The notes: generated by a model from the letters alone, not told the origin. DNA of 64,000 nucleotides from Ministeria vibrans ATCC 50519 (GCA_943704425.1 CALSCP010001488.1:88416-152415), one strand, 5' to 3'; shown: positions 27,109 through 41,911, numbered from the stretch's first letter. A program made the numbers and translations.

Positions 27109-29387
27109 CTAACGCTGCGCAAGACAGAACTGCACACCCATGCCCTCCTTGCCGGCTTCGCCAACCTACGCACAGAGAGAACAATGAGTGGCCAGAGATG
27201 AATTATTTGGTATTATTATTATTATTGCATACTTGGCAAATAGGACAGAGCTTTCCCTTGTGCTCCGGGAGGAAGGAGGCAGCGCAGAAGGGGCACTGAA
27301 TGACGGCGTTGCCGCGGTAGATGGGCACGTACGAGATGGCGCACACATTGAAGGGGTTGAGGGCGTCGTAGTTGAGCTGGTGTTTGTCGGTGGGGTCCTG
27401 CTCGCAGGCTGCAAGCAACTTGCGAATCTGCGTGGACACATCAGCGCGTGGGCCCATCTCGAGCAGACGACGACACAGCACGGCACACGTCTTCTTGTTC
27501 TCCAGCTTGAAGAAGGCACGAGTGGCTGTCTTGAGGGTCAGCATCACATGGCCCGCCTGCAGTTTGCAGTGCGAAAAGTACACGGCCAGCTCGCACGATC
27601 GCTTCACGTCCTCAATCGAGCTCTGCAAAAAGAAGGGAAAAAAAGAAGAAAAAAGAAGAAGACAATAAAAAGTAAGACAATAAATAAGACAAGGCGATGC
27701 GATGATGGTTGTTTTTTTTTTCTTCGTTTTTTTACCTTGGGCATGTCTTTACGGCGGGTCTCGAGCGACAGACCCAGAATGTACTCGCGACAGGTGTTGA
27801 GCATCTCCAGAGCCTCGGCAGCCTCCTGGCGGCTCTCCACGACGAGCATGGAGAGGTGCAAGAGAACGTCGCGAAACTTGACAAGCGAGTCGCTGAACTT
27901 GCCGTTGGTGGTGGCGGTCGACGCTGCGTTAAGGCGTTCACCGAGCATGCGTAGGGTAAGTGAGTGGGCCGGCAACTTGTTGCTGGTGCTCGAGTCCTTC
28001 CAGTTGCGCAGCAACGAGTGTTGCAGCGATGGGACGCCCGCGACACCCGGCAGAGACGAGTGTGACGCGAGGTAGGTGTGGAGCACTGCGTCGCGAAGCA
28101 CGTCAAAGTTGACAGCACCAATTTGTTTGGTGAGCATTTGCGCCATGGAATCGAGCGAGCCGGCGGAAGCATGGTCGGCGGCAAGGTGCGAGTGTTTGGT
28201 CCAGCCCTGCGAGGCGGGCTGGCCACGTGTGGGCACGGTGAAGCCACCTGGACCGGCTGTGGCGGCCGCAAGGCTTCCTTCGACCTCAGGGGGCAATTCA
28301 ATATCTTCCAGGTCGCCGTCGGACCATCCACCGCCCGAACCGGCGTCGGAGCCCTCGGCGGCACCACCTTCGTCGTCGCTGTCGTCCCCCCAGCCCCCGG
28401 GTGCCTTCTTCTTCTTCTTCTTGCTGTCGCCGTCGAGACCGAGGTCGTCGTCGCTGTCGTCGCCCCAGTCGCCGCCGCCAAGACCTTCGGCATCGACCGA
28501 AACCACGTCGCCAACGGCACTGCCCTTGCCCGCGTTGTCAAAGAAGCCGCGCGTGACGGCAAGTAGAGGCCAGTTGGCCTCGAAGCAGGGAGTGATGGGC
28601 ATAGGGGGTTGCATGAGACGAGCGTCGGGCAGGGAGGAGGGTAGAGCAATCGCGTCGCCGACAAGAGCGCGAATGGCCTCCGCCTCGTCAACAAGGCCGT
28701 GTGTGGTAGCGGCGAGGAATGCGAGAGCGTACTGACCGGCGGCCTTGAGCAGCTTGACGCGCTCGGACACGTCGCCAAGGTAGAGAGCGTTGTGAAACTG
28801 CGAAAAGGCATCGCCACGCATCTCGGCAATCTTGACCATACGACGAAGCTTGTCGATGTTGCCGGTGACGAGGTAGAGAAAGGACAGACGATCAAAGTTC
28901 TTGGTGCGCTGCAGCGACATTTCCAGCACCTGGTGGTTGCCCTGGCGCAGAGCAGCGTCAGCCAGTCGCTCCCAGCACGCCTTGTCCTCGAGTGCTTTGG
29001 CGGCCTCGAGGGCCACTTCAATGTTGCCGCACTCGAGCGCGAGCGAGAAACGAGTCTTCTCGTCCTTGACAAAGTGCAATGCAACCTCGGGATAACCCTT
29101 CTTCTGGAGGTACGAGATGATGCTCTGGCCAACCAGACGCGAGTTGCGCACCATAAAGAGCACCTCGTCGTACTTGCGTCGCACCAGCGCCAGCTTGAAC
29201 TTGAATTCGGTCGGGTCAATGCCCAGCACGCGGGTCTTCACCTCACGGTCCACACAAAAGACACTGGTACCCTTCACCTTGATCAGGTAGATGGGAATGT
29301 CCAGTGTTCGGATAATGCCAGCGTCACTGCAAGTGGGGAAAAAGAAAATAAAAAATTGTGAGCCAAAATTTGAGTGAGTGTCAATGC

Positions 29388-29449
<62 letters not shown>

Positions 29450-29534
29450 TGCAAGTGAGTGTGTGCGTGTATGTATGTGTATTATGGTGTGTGTGTGTGT
29501 GTGTATGTATGTGTATTATGGTGTGTGTGTGTGT

Positions 29535-29572
<38 letters not shown>

Positions 29573-30005
29573 TGCGAGTGAGTGTGTGCGTGTATGTATG
29601 TGTATTATGGTGTGTGTGTGTGTGTGTGTATGTGTGTGTGTGTGTGTGTGCGTACCCAGAGTCGAGAGCGTATTTAATGTGGCTGAGAGTGGTGTAGATG
29701 AAGACGCCGTCCTCCTGCCAGACGCCGCTCTTGATGCGGATGGTCTCCGTGACCATGCAGAGTACGTCAAGGTCGCGGTTGCAGAGGAAGATCTGAGTGG
29801 CCGACATGAGAGCAACGCGCTTCATGTCGGGTGACCAGGCAACGTATTTGATGAGCGACGCAGACACGCTCGCCATCACGCGGCGCTGTTGCATGTCAAA
29901 GAACGACACGGTCTCCTAAAAATGATAATAATATAAATAAATAAAAAATTAATAAAAATAACAATAATAATAATAATAATAATAATAATTATAATAATAA
30001 TAATA

Positions 30006-30044
<39 letters not shown>

Positions 30045-32138
30045 TTTAGTATTATCAATTACAATAATTATGATACTCGTACCGGGGTGCGGAGAAGGAG
30101 GTTTCCGGTGCCGGCGTAGAAGATGTTGTCGACGGCAAGGTTGTTGGGGATGGGGACCTTCTTGGTGACGGTGTTTTCGAGGTTCTTCATGAGGATTTGA
30201 CGACCCTTTGCGAGTACCGCAAAGCGGTTGCGTGCGACCCAGACGGCAGCAAGACCGGCGCCGCGCTTGAGCTCGGGGTCGGAGGAGGAAGTGGCACGCG
30301 GCAGCATCATGAGAACGTAAGAGCCGCCGTCAACATTGTTGGTGAGAAGGACGGCGTGCTCGGCGGCGTTGTAGGCCATGTCGCGGTAAGGGACTGCGGG
30401 CTTCTGGCCTGCCTGACTGATGGACACGAGAGGCTGGTCGCGCGTCGTGCCAATCTCGTAGACGCGCAAGTAGCGGTCCTTGATGTAGTACAGCTTGCCT
30501 TCGTGTGCAGCATACGCGGGTCGTTCGCGCTGCAGCTTGAACACAATGAGGCCGCTGTCGTGACCGGCCGCGAACAAGTTTGAGTCGGCGTGTGCCGCGA
30601 GCACCCAGAAGCGATCTGCCTCGCGACGCACTGTCTGCACTCCCTGGCGCTTGTTCATGTCCCACACGCGAATCGAGCGATCTTCGGCACACGACAAGAC
30701 GAGGTCCTGTTGACGAGACAAGTGTAAGAGAGTGAGTGTGACTGTGAGAAAGTAAGACGAGAATGGGTGGGAAAAAACTGACTTGTTTGGGATGGAAGAC
30801 GATGGAGCCGACGCCGTTAAAGTGGCCACGAAAGGTGTCGACCTCCCATGCATTGGCCTCGGTGTAGCTCCAGATTTTGACTTGGCGATCGTCACCACCG
30901 CTAGCAATGAGCGACGACGCTGGGTGGAAGGTGGCGTAGTTGACACCGCGGTCGTGGCCCTCGAGAACCCGCTTGACAATTGCGTCTGACTGTCCAAACA
31001 GATCGGTGTGGCCTTGACCGTTGCCACCACGCGAGCGATCGTCCAGTCCTGGAGCAGACATTTTGCGTCGAAGACCGCTGATGTCCCACAGACGCACCGT
31101 GGCGTCGAGCGAAGCAGACACGACCAGGTCGTCGCGTGGATGGAACTCGGCTGACATGACGTAGTGATTGTGGCCCGCCAGCACGCACATGCATGTGCGT
31201 GACTGCCAGTTCCAAATGCGCATGGTGTGGTCGTCCGAGGCACTGATCACCCAAGGGTGTTCCTAAAGAGAAGAAGTGAGCATATTAATAATAATGATAA
31301 TTATTAGTATCGTTTTGAGTCAGGCTTACTTCATGAAACTTGGTGGTGCGCACGTAGTCCTGGAAAGAAACAAGAACGTGTGAGTATACAATTATGTTCC
31401 GAGAAGGGGATGGGAGTGACAGTTTCGTTGGCGACGTACCAAGTGACCGAGGAGCGTGAAGAGACAACGACGCTGCTTATAGTTCCACACTTTGACTTTG
31501 TAGTCGTCGCCACCACTCACAAACATCGGCTGAGACTTGTGGAAGTCAACGCCACGCACAGGCCCGTCGTGCTCGTCAAAACTGTCGATGCGGGTGCCCA
31601 TCCGATAGTCCCACAACTGGATTGAGCCCGAGTAGAGCGATGCCAAGAGCCATGGCCGTTTCGGGTGGAAGCTCAGACCTATGCACAGCAAAACGAAGGG
31701 TGAGGGCTGCAGACTGAGAGATCGTTGGGGCAGAGGGAGGGAGGATGTGGGGGAGGGGTGCGTGTGGACGTGGGCGTGATGCGAAGGTTGGCCAGTGCGC
31801 TGTGCTGTGCTGTGCTGGAGGATAGAGTGTCCAACGAAAAAGAAAATGGGGATGTTTGGCCATCAAGACAAATTTCCCTTGCGCTGTGGCTTGACGGGCG
31901 GTGACACTGCACAGCGACGGTGCATGGCGGGATGGGGTGGGGGTGAGAAGAGGCTGGCAAAGGGCAGAAAGAACGATTGAGACGAAATGCTGTTCGTGGC
32001 AATGTACACGACGCAGTTGCAGAGACGAATGCCGCCGAGGGGGGCAGGGCGCAGGGCTGGCTGGGCGCGGTGCCTTGCGGGCGACCAGAAAGGCCCCCGT
32101 CAAGCCCATCGATCGATGAGAAACTGTCACTCTTTTCC

Positions 32139-32169
<31 letters not shown>

Positions 32170-32399
32170 TTTTCTGTTTGCGATCTGGAGAGTGTTTGGA
32201 GGAGAGTCGCTGAAGAGAGGGTGTTGTATGTGTGCGACTGCAAGCGGGGGTGTGCGTGGGGGATGGGCGGCAGTGACGATGGGTTCAGAGTGTTTTGTAT
32301 TGTGATTGTGGAGTGTCAGAGGATGAGGGGAAGCCGGTGGGTGTGGGGCATGCTCTCACCCTTGACTCTTGAGGACTGTGTCTCGAGTTTAGTCAGCAT
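27109..32399 (-). CDS. COPA: Coatomer subunit alpha (alpha-COP), multi-exon
   Basis: [14 protein letters not shown]|[16 protein letters not shown]40 repeats, [24 protein letters not shown]-terminal Cys motif CPFCAASF...CPICQ|VGEAGK. Junctions are in phase. Confidence 0.97.
29385..29651. repeat. Compound (GC)n/(GT)n microsatellite with a duplicated higher-order unit, COPA intron
   Basis: GT runs interrupted by repeated gtgcRagtgagtgtgtgcgtgtatgtatgtgtattatg blocks. Confidence 0.9.
29960..30043. repeat. (AAT)n followed by (ATT)n, forming an AT-rich inverted repeat in a COPA intron
   Basis: Directly visible; the tract switches strand around 30005-30010. Confidence 0.85.
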
Positions 32400-32485
32400 G
32401 AGAAATGAAAAGAAGTGTAAAATGTAAAAACAATCTTTTGCAAAATTCTCTCAAGAGTTTTATCATTATTATTCCTTTCGCCTTG

Positions 32486-34402
32486 ATGAACGATCGAGTT
32501 CGTGAGCTTGCCGAGCGCTTTGATCCGGTCGTGGGCTCGCCGGAGCTTTGCGATCTGCTTGGAAACCGCTTCTCGACCGTACGCGTCGCACACACACTCG
32601 TCCGCCGTGCTCGTCGTCATGGTCTGTTGTAGGGTCCGCTTGGCTTGCCGCCGACGCTGCGCGTTGAAGAGATCCCTGGGGCGCTTGAGGCGCTGGCTGA
32701 GTATGACGCAGTCGTCTCGGAAATGACCTTTGAAATCCTTCCGGTTGTGCTGCCGCTCTTGTCGTCCAACGAAGAGGCCAGTGTGCACGCTGCAGTCGCG
32801 CGCTTTCTCGAAACGTGTACGATGTGGTGTTGTGTTTCTTGTGCTTGGTCTTTGGCTCTTGTGTGTGTTTGTTTGTATCTCTGCACTATAATATTATTAC
32901 GTGTCCTGACTAAGAATTGTGTGTTTGTTTGTATCTCTGCACTATAATATTATTACGTGTCCTGACTAAGAATTGTCTCTCACTCCTCTCTCGCTTGTTC
33001 GTTCTTTCATCTTTTCCGAATTGAAGCTGCCACTCTCTGTGATGCTCCTCGGCTTGCGGCCCTTGCTGTGGTGGAATTCCTTGAGTCGGTGGTTGTTGCG
33101 AGTGGCGTGGACTTGTGTCGCTGTGTGCGCGTGCTTCCTTCCTTGCTCATCCTCCTCCGACGCATTCGCACGACGCATCGCAAACGCTTTGACATGTTTG
33201 CCATGACAACACTGGAAATGCTCACCCGTGCCATTGGTCTGGCCTTTTGCACCACCGCACAGCCCTATCCGCTTCTTGGAGACCTTCCTGTGTCGCTTGG
33301 CACTCTCGCCACTTTTGCTGAAGAGATTGCCTCCCTGTGTGACGCTCATTCGGCCGACCGACGCGCTTGTACCCATCTGATCCTGTCCATTGCTGCATTG
33401 GTCGCCTCGATAGAACCGACCAGTGCCACGCTTCGTGCGCTTCCCGGTCGCCCTTCGGTGGTCCGACACGAACAAGGCACGGCGGCCCATGAGGAGAGCG
33501 CCCATGATGAGGAGACCGCGCAGGCAATGCATTGTGTTGCCGTTCGATGCGCCACCCTTCTACGCCACACTGTGCGACGCGACGTCTCCGAGATGGTCGA
33601 GCGCTTTGTGTTGCGACCCACGGCCGCTACCAATGCGCCTACCGCTGAGGAACCTGACGCGGCCGCTTCGCTGAATATCTTTGCCACAGGTGTTGCTCTG
33701 CTTCTGGTAGAAGGGGCGCCCGATTTTCGCTTGGCGCGGGTGCTCTCACCGGCTTACGCGTGTCTCTTGGCCAATGCGTGTGTCGAGCCGCTGTTGGTAC
33801 GCACTGATCGCGAACATGGGTGTCGGCGAGGCATTGTGCTTGCCGATCAGCTCCTGGGCGACTACGGGGACATTCCTGACTGTATTGGTATTCACTCACT
33901 TGTGCGCACCCTTGGTTCGTTCATGGTACAGTCGCCACGTGCACGAGAGCGCACAGCGACGCACTCTGTGCTCGCACGATTGCTCACCGTTCAGCTTGAG
34001 CCTTCGGCGCAACACAGTGCTCTGATAATGTCGCTAAGCACCGTGCCCTTTGCCCAGGCTTTTGGTGCCTTTGTGACACTCGCACGTGAGCAAATTCGAC
34101 GCGCCCTGGACACCGGTGCGGCCAGTGAGTGGTTTGGTGCGCCGCCTCACGTGTGGACGCTTGTCAGTGCAGCACTCGATCACCGTGGTCACGCTGAAAC
34201 GGATCCTGGCTGCCTGGCGGCCATCGTGAGCCTCCTTCGCTACGTGCTTCTGCGCGACCAAGCAAATGTCACGGGTATTTGGAGCCATCGAGAACAATTG
34301 CTGGGACTTGTGCGTGAGCTCGTGGCACCCTTGTCCTTTGACTCGTTCTCGTACGACATGGCGAAGCAGGTGTTGACCATGTTGGAGGACAGAACGACGT
34401 GA
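32486..34402 (+). CDS. GLMN: Glomulin/ALF4/Ybp1-family protein, 3 exons
   Basis: LGSFMVQSPRARER, EQIRRAL...EWFG and SLLRYVLLRDQANVTGIWS resemble the glomulin C-terminal motifs (LRYLxxxD...TGLW). Upstream exons start MNDRVRELAERF. Confidence 0.8.
32863..32976. repeat. 56-bp tandem duplication in a glomulin intron
   Basis: gtgtttgtttgtatctctgcactataatattattacgtgtcctgactaagaattgt occurs twice (gtatctctgc at 32875 and 32931). Confidence 0.92.
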
Positions 34403-34501
34403 AGGAATAATAATTATTCGACTGTAAATAACTAATAGTATAATTAATTACCTAGACGTTTTCCCACTCCACTCCCTCGTTGTTACTCTTTTAATAAACA
34501 C

Positions 34502-35102
34502 ACTCAGGACAACTATACGCTAATACAACCTGCAACAACTCTTGCCGATCGACATACAGTCTTCACAAATGGCTCGTATGAAGCAAACCAAAGAAAGGGA
34601 GGAGTCGGAGTGTACGTCCCAGGGATGCACGCAAAAAGAAGAGTGAGGGGTGGTCGAGAAGATAAGACACGACCACTCCTCGCATATGACTGGAAATTTG
34701 CAAGAGTAGAATGTGTAGAGTAATTTCCAAACAACGGAACTATGGGCAGTGGTGGTGGCGCTGAGCGCACTCCCAGCGACGGCAGACCTTCACTTCCACG
34801 TCGACAACAGGACGGCTATTGTCAGTATAATCACGGGAGAGAAGATGACACTCAAAAAACGATGGAAATAAGAGAGTGGCAGGGTGAAGGAGTCCAAGGC
34901 GAAGAGTCGAATAGACCTAAACAATTCGGCACCGACAGCAAGGGCGGCCGTGCGGGCAGAGATGGCATTTCACACGGGAACACATCACGGTCAAGTACGT
35001 CAAAGCTCATGTAGGCGAGGCGGGTTATGAGAGTGAGCCAGACTGGCGTGAGCGAGCGAATGCGGTAGCAGAGGAGCTGGCGAAAGAAGCTTTTGCCCTA
35101 GG
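34502..35102 (+). mobile_element. Decayed retroelement-type RNase H domain (frameshifted, with stop codons)
   Basis: Motifs in RNase HI order across shifting frames: TVFTNGSY...GGVGVY (34556), SNFQTTELWAVVVAL (E at 34737), LHFHVDNRTAI (34800), ITVKYVKAHVG (H at 35008), ANAVAEELAKEA (~35058-35091). Absent from the ORF track. Confidence 0.75.
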
Positions 35103-35697
35103 ACTTCCAAAAAAATAAAATAAAAAGAAGGTTGCCAGATGACAAGCAGAAGCACCTTCCGTTTGAGGAGATTGCATGATGAGGAGGGCGTGACCAAGTT
35201 AAGAGCGATAGGCACTCTCGCGACCCACACCATTTTCCTTGTCAAAGACTATCGCCCTTGCCAACGGCCTCAGGGTCATCACTCTCCTTGGACTTGATAG
35301 CATACGCTGCTCTTACTCTTCTCGGGCTCGTTGGACGGTGCTGTTCGCGAGTGCTCCCAGCCCCTGTGTATCGTCCCAGACACCTCCTTTCTCTCAAACC
35401 GCACTTAAAAGAAAGACTAAAGATGAGCAGTCTTTCAGTAATTAGTGAACATATTTTCTCACCATTTTCTAATTTCTATCGCATCTGGAGCGTTTTGACG
35501 TAAGTCTTAAATTAAAGTCTGTCGATCTGTGACTTGTGACCCTCGCAGTATACCGGTCGGTTTCAAAGGTGTTGCACTCTGCAATGGAATTGTATTTTTT
35601 CGACTGTTCGTTTTAATGACGCTCGTGTTGGCCACCGAGACTCCCGCCCCGCCGGCTTGCCAAACACCTCGAACAAATAAAAAAGAACTGAGACAGT

Positions 35698-35742
35698 GGA
35701 AAACCAGACCCATTTTTCGGTGAAAAACCAGACCCATTTTTC
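35698..35742. repeat. Tandem ~20-bp direct repeat AAAACCAGACCCATTTTTC (2 copies, 24-bp period)
   Basis: Directly visible in the AT-rich intergenic segment after the RNase H relic. Confidence 0.85.
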
Positions 35743-36229
35743 TGATCATTTTTAAAAAAAAAATTGATACGGCTTATTAATATATAAGGTAAATATTGTA
35801 CCGTTTTTCGCGTATCATGTGAATCTATAGCTTTAAATACGCGAATAACATTCATTAGACGAAAGTTGTCATAACCTGATTTATAAACAATCTGTATCAA
35901 GCGAAAATATGAGTATATATATATATCTACCAGATGTTTGGGTTTATTTTCTCGTCCCCTTTTTTAATTAAGTCTTTATTTAATCATTCAGGTTTGGTGA
36001 GGATGTGTTTGTTTGTAAAGGGTATGTTTGTCGTTGGACAGACTGATATCTGTCGCGGTGATATGGATCTAGATCGCGACATTGTGTGGTGTTTGGAATT
36101 AATTGGTTCTGAGGCGGGCTAACGAAAAGCTTCCGGAATCGTGAAAAAGAGGTAGGATGAGTGTGTTGCTAATGGTGTCTCATCTGTTTCTGTGTTAATT
36201 TGTTACAAAGAAGGCCTCGAGGATTCTTT

Positions 36230-39275
<3,046 letters not shown>

Positions 39276-39634
39276 GAAAACAATAATCTTATTATTGAAA
39301 TCATTCATTTCTGTGATCTTGCGAGCCGGTTCAGGGGCTGGGCTCTTAGCGGCTTGTGGAATGCGGGGTCTGATCTTTGAACCTGGGGGTTATTCCTTTG
39401 TGGCAGTTCATGTGATCGTAGCAGCGTGTTTTCTTTTCCTCACACAGCCCATGATTAATAATTAATTATTTTCTTAGGGTTAGCATTGTATTACTCTCTT
39501 TTATATGTGTATTAATATTTCTCTCTCTCTCTCTCCTTTTTAAGTAAACTTTTCGACTTCATTTATTCCTAATAATTATTAATTATTTACAATTTTTCAT
39601 CAATATTCAATAATTATTTTGTTTATGTATCAAT

Positions 39635-41911
39635 ATGGAGCAGTACGAAGACGCCCCACTCACGGCTGTCCATCGACACCTCATCAACGAAAAGCGATCC
39701 CGTACGTTGTCGTCGATCTGCCACTCAGCGTTGAATTAATAATTTGAATTTCTGCCGGCTTCTTCTTCTGCAGCAAACTGTGCCGCTGTGATCCCCCTTA
39801 GCATCCCCAGAGCAAGAAACAACCCCTGCTCGCCGTTGGGCATGTCTATCGAGCTTGAAGACTACTTTCCGCCAGTGCGTGTCTGAGATCGAAATTCAAA
39901 AATTCTCACATTGGATGTTCATTGGATGTTCGCTTGGTCTTGCAGATGCTGCAGGGAAAGCTGGACGGGCGGGTATGGAAGGAGTCTATTGGTCGGCTGA
40001 ACGACGCCGGAGCACGGCAGTCCACACGGTGAGGCGGGATTGTTGTGTCGCGGCGAAACCGCAGATCTCGTGCTCACCACTGTCTCTGCTGTGCTGCAGG
40101 TGTCTTGGGCTGTGGATGTGCGCGCTGTGTGTGGTGCCGTGCCACGGAGCGTGTGCCCTCCACCTCAGCGAAGAGACGCGTCTGGAGCACCACACGGCGT
40201 TTGTGCGGCAGCTGGGCATCGAGAACAAAGTGGTAGTCACGCCGCGCCGGGAGACAGCCAGGCGAGACCAGTTAAGTTGATTATTTGTGTTTGTCGCTCT
40301 CAGGTTCTTGCAAGTGCCGACAGTGAGCTGCGACTCAAGTCGTGTCTGGTTGAAAGCGACGGTTCCATCAACGAAATCTTCTGGCTTGAGCTGTTTGTTG
40401 AAGGGGAACATGGGCCCCCTGCGCCCCTCTACACTCGCTATGCCCCCGTCCTCGTCAAATCTCCTGCATCCGTACGCACAGTCTCACCATTTACCATCAT
40501 GTGATATAACTCTCCTGGATTTTTCTCTCACATCGTTCATTCGCACAGGAGACGGACAGAGACGCGCCGCCTCTCTACCACAAGTCAGAGCATCTTCATC
40601 GTTTGGTGCGCGGCAGTTTCCTCTCAGGCTTTCGTTCCTCCACTCACGGTACATACCCGCACACAATTGTCATAGAAGAGCTCACGCTTTGTATGCTCAG
40701 TGCGTTATGTGACGCGAGAGCCGACGGAGCAGGCGTCGCTGGACTCGACTGACAGCGGATGCGCAATGGCCGATCATGACCAGATGGAAGAGTCGCTCCT
40801 CAGACCTAAAACACCGTAAGATTTCTCTTTGACCCATCATTTGTGTTTCGTGCTGTGCTGACTGTGGGGGGGTGGGTTTGTCGTAGGGCAAATCCACGAC
40901 AGTTTCTTGTTGCAACTCCCGCTCGACTGCGCTTTACACCCGCCCGAGAACAGTAAGAAAAAAGGGAAAGAGTGTGAAATAAAGGTTGTGTTTGACAAAC
41001 TGTGCTTACTCTGTTTACTCTCTCTCTCTTTCTCTCTGTGTGTTAGATATGATGTGTTGCAGGAGACCAACCGGTCACTGCAGCGCACCCTGGACAGCCC
41101 AGTCTATGCCAACGGGACGCCCATGCCCCGTATGCCACTGCCCAACGTACCAACTCTCTCGGTCAGACTGTATCTCTCTCACGCACTCGTTGATTCGCTT
41201 TAGGAGGTTCCGACGTATGGGAATGCGGACAAGGGGTCACCTGACAGTGGGTTCGGCGACGAAGTGGGCGGACAGCACACTCCACCAGTGTATGCAAACG
41301 AGACAATGTGCGCAGTGCGGCGGATGGAGCAAGTGGAGGGGGATCGCAAGGGGTCTAAGTATGCCAACGATGCTCAGATGCAGATGTACTCGCCAGTGCG
41401 GCGCCACACCCACGAATCCACTGGAACAGTGTACGCCAACAGTGCCAAGGTACAGCTGTACTCGCCAGTGCGGCACACGCGGCGATACAGGGCCAGCGGG
41501 GAGTGTGACGGCGGAGACGAAGACGTCAACGATGACGACGACGAAGGCGCACGGGCTGCGGCAGCGACGCCAATCTATGGCAATGGCGGGTTCATGGACA
41601 CATCCAAGGAGTCGCCAATCTATGCCAATGACGAGAACCGCCACAACACCAGTGGCAACAGCAACACGGTTGCCAATAGTATCAACCAAACTCGTGTCAG
41701 TGGGGTGCACATTTATGCAAACCACGCTCAAGACAGCAGCAAGCAGCGGCAGCACGACGACTCCACCAACCTGTCAGCAGTCTCGCTCGCCCCAACCCTC
41801 TACGCCAACGGTGCGCGCAAGTCCCCACATCTACCCCCAAGCAACGCCACACCGTCTCCCGCCGTGCCTGTCTATTCAGAACAGTTACTTGAGGACGGTG
41901 TCACCTTTTAA
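39635..41911 (+). CDS. Erf4/GOLGA7/CHIC-like cysteine-rich hydrophobic domain fused to a disordered tail with nine Y-[AG]-N motifs; about 10 exons
   Basis: Hand-spliced GT-AG exons give MEQYEDAP...EDYFPP|MLQGKLDGRVWKESIGRLND...RCLGLWMCALCVVPCHGAC...FVRQLGIENK|VLAS...IFWLELFV...QYDVLQ...SPVYANG...|EVPTYGN..., ending GVTF*. One donor (near 40230) is uncertain. Confidence 0.65.

Noticed and set aside
35180-35466. Minus-strand ATG|gtgag plus short ORF ending CTT TGA, considered as an antizyme-like frameshift gene or snoRNA host
   Set aside because: No antizyme TCC-TGA context or second ORF, and no convincing C/D box pair.
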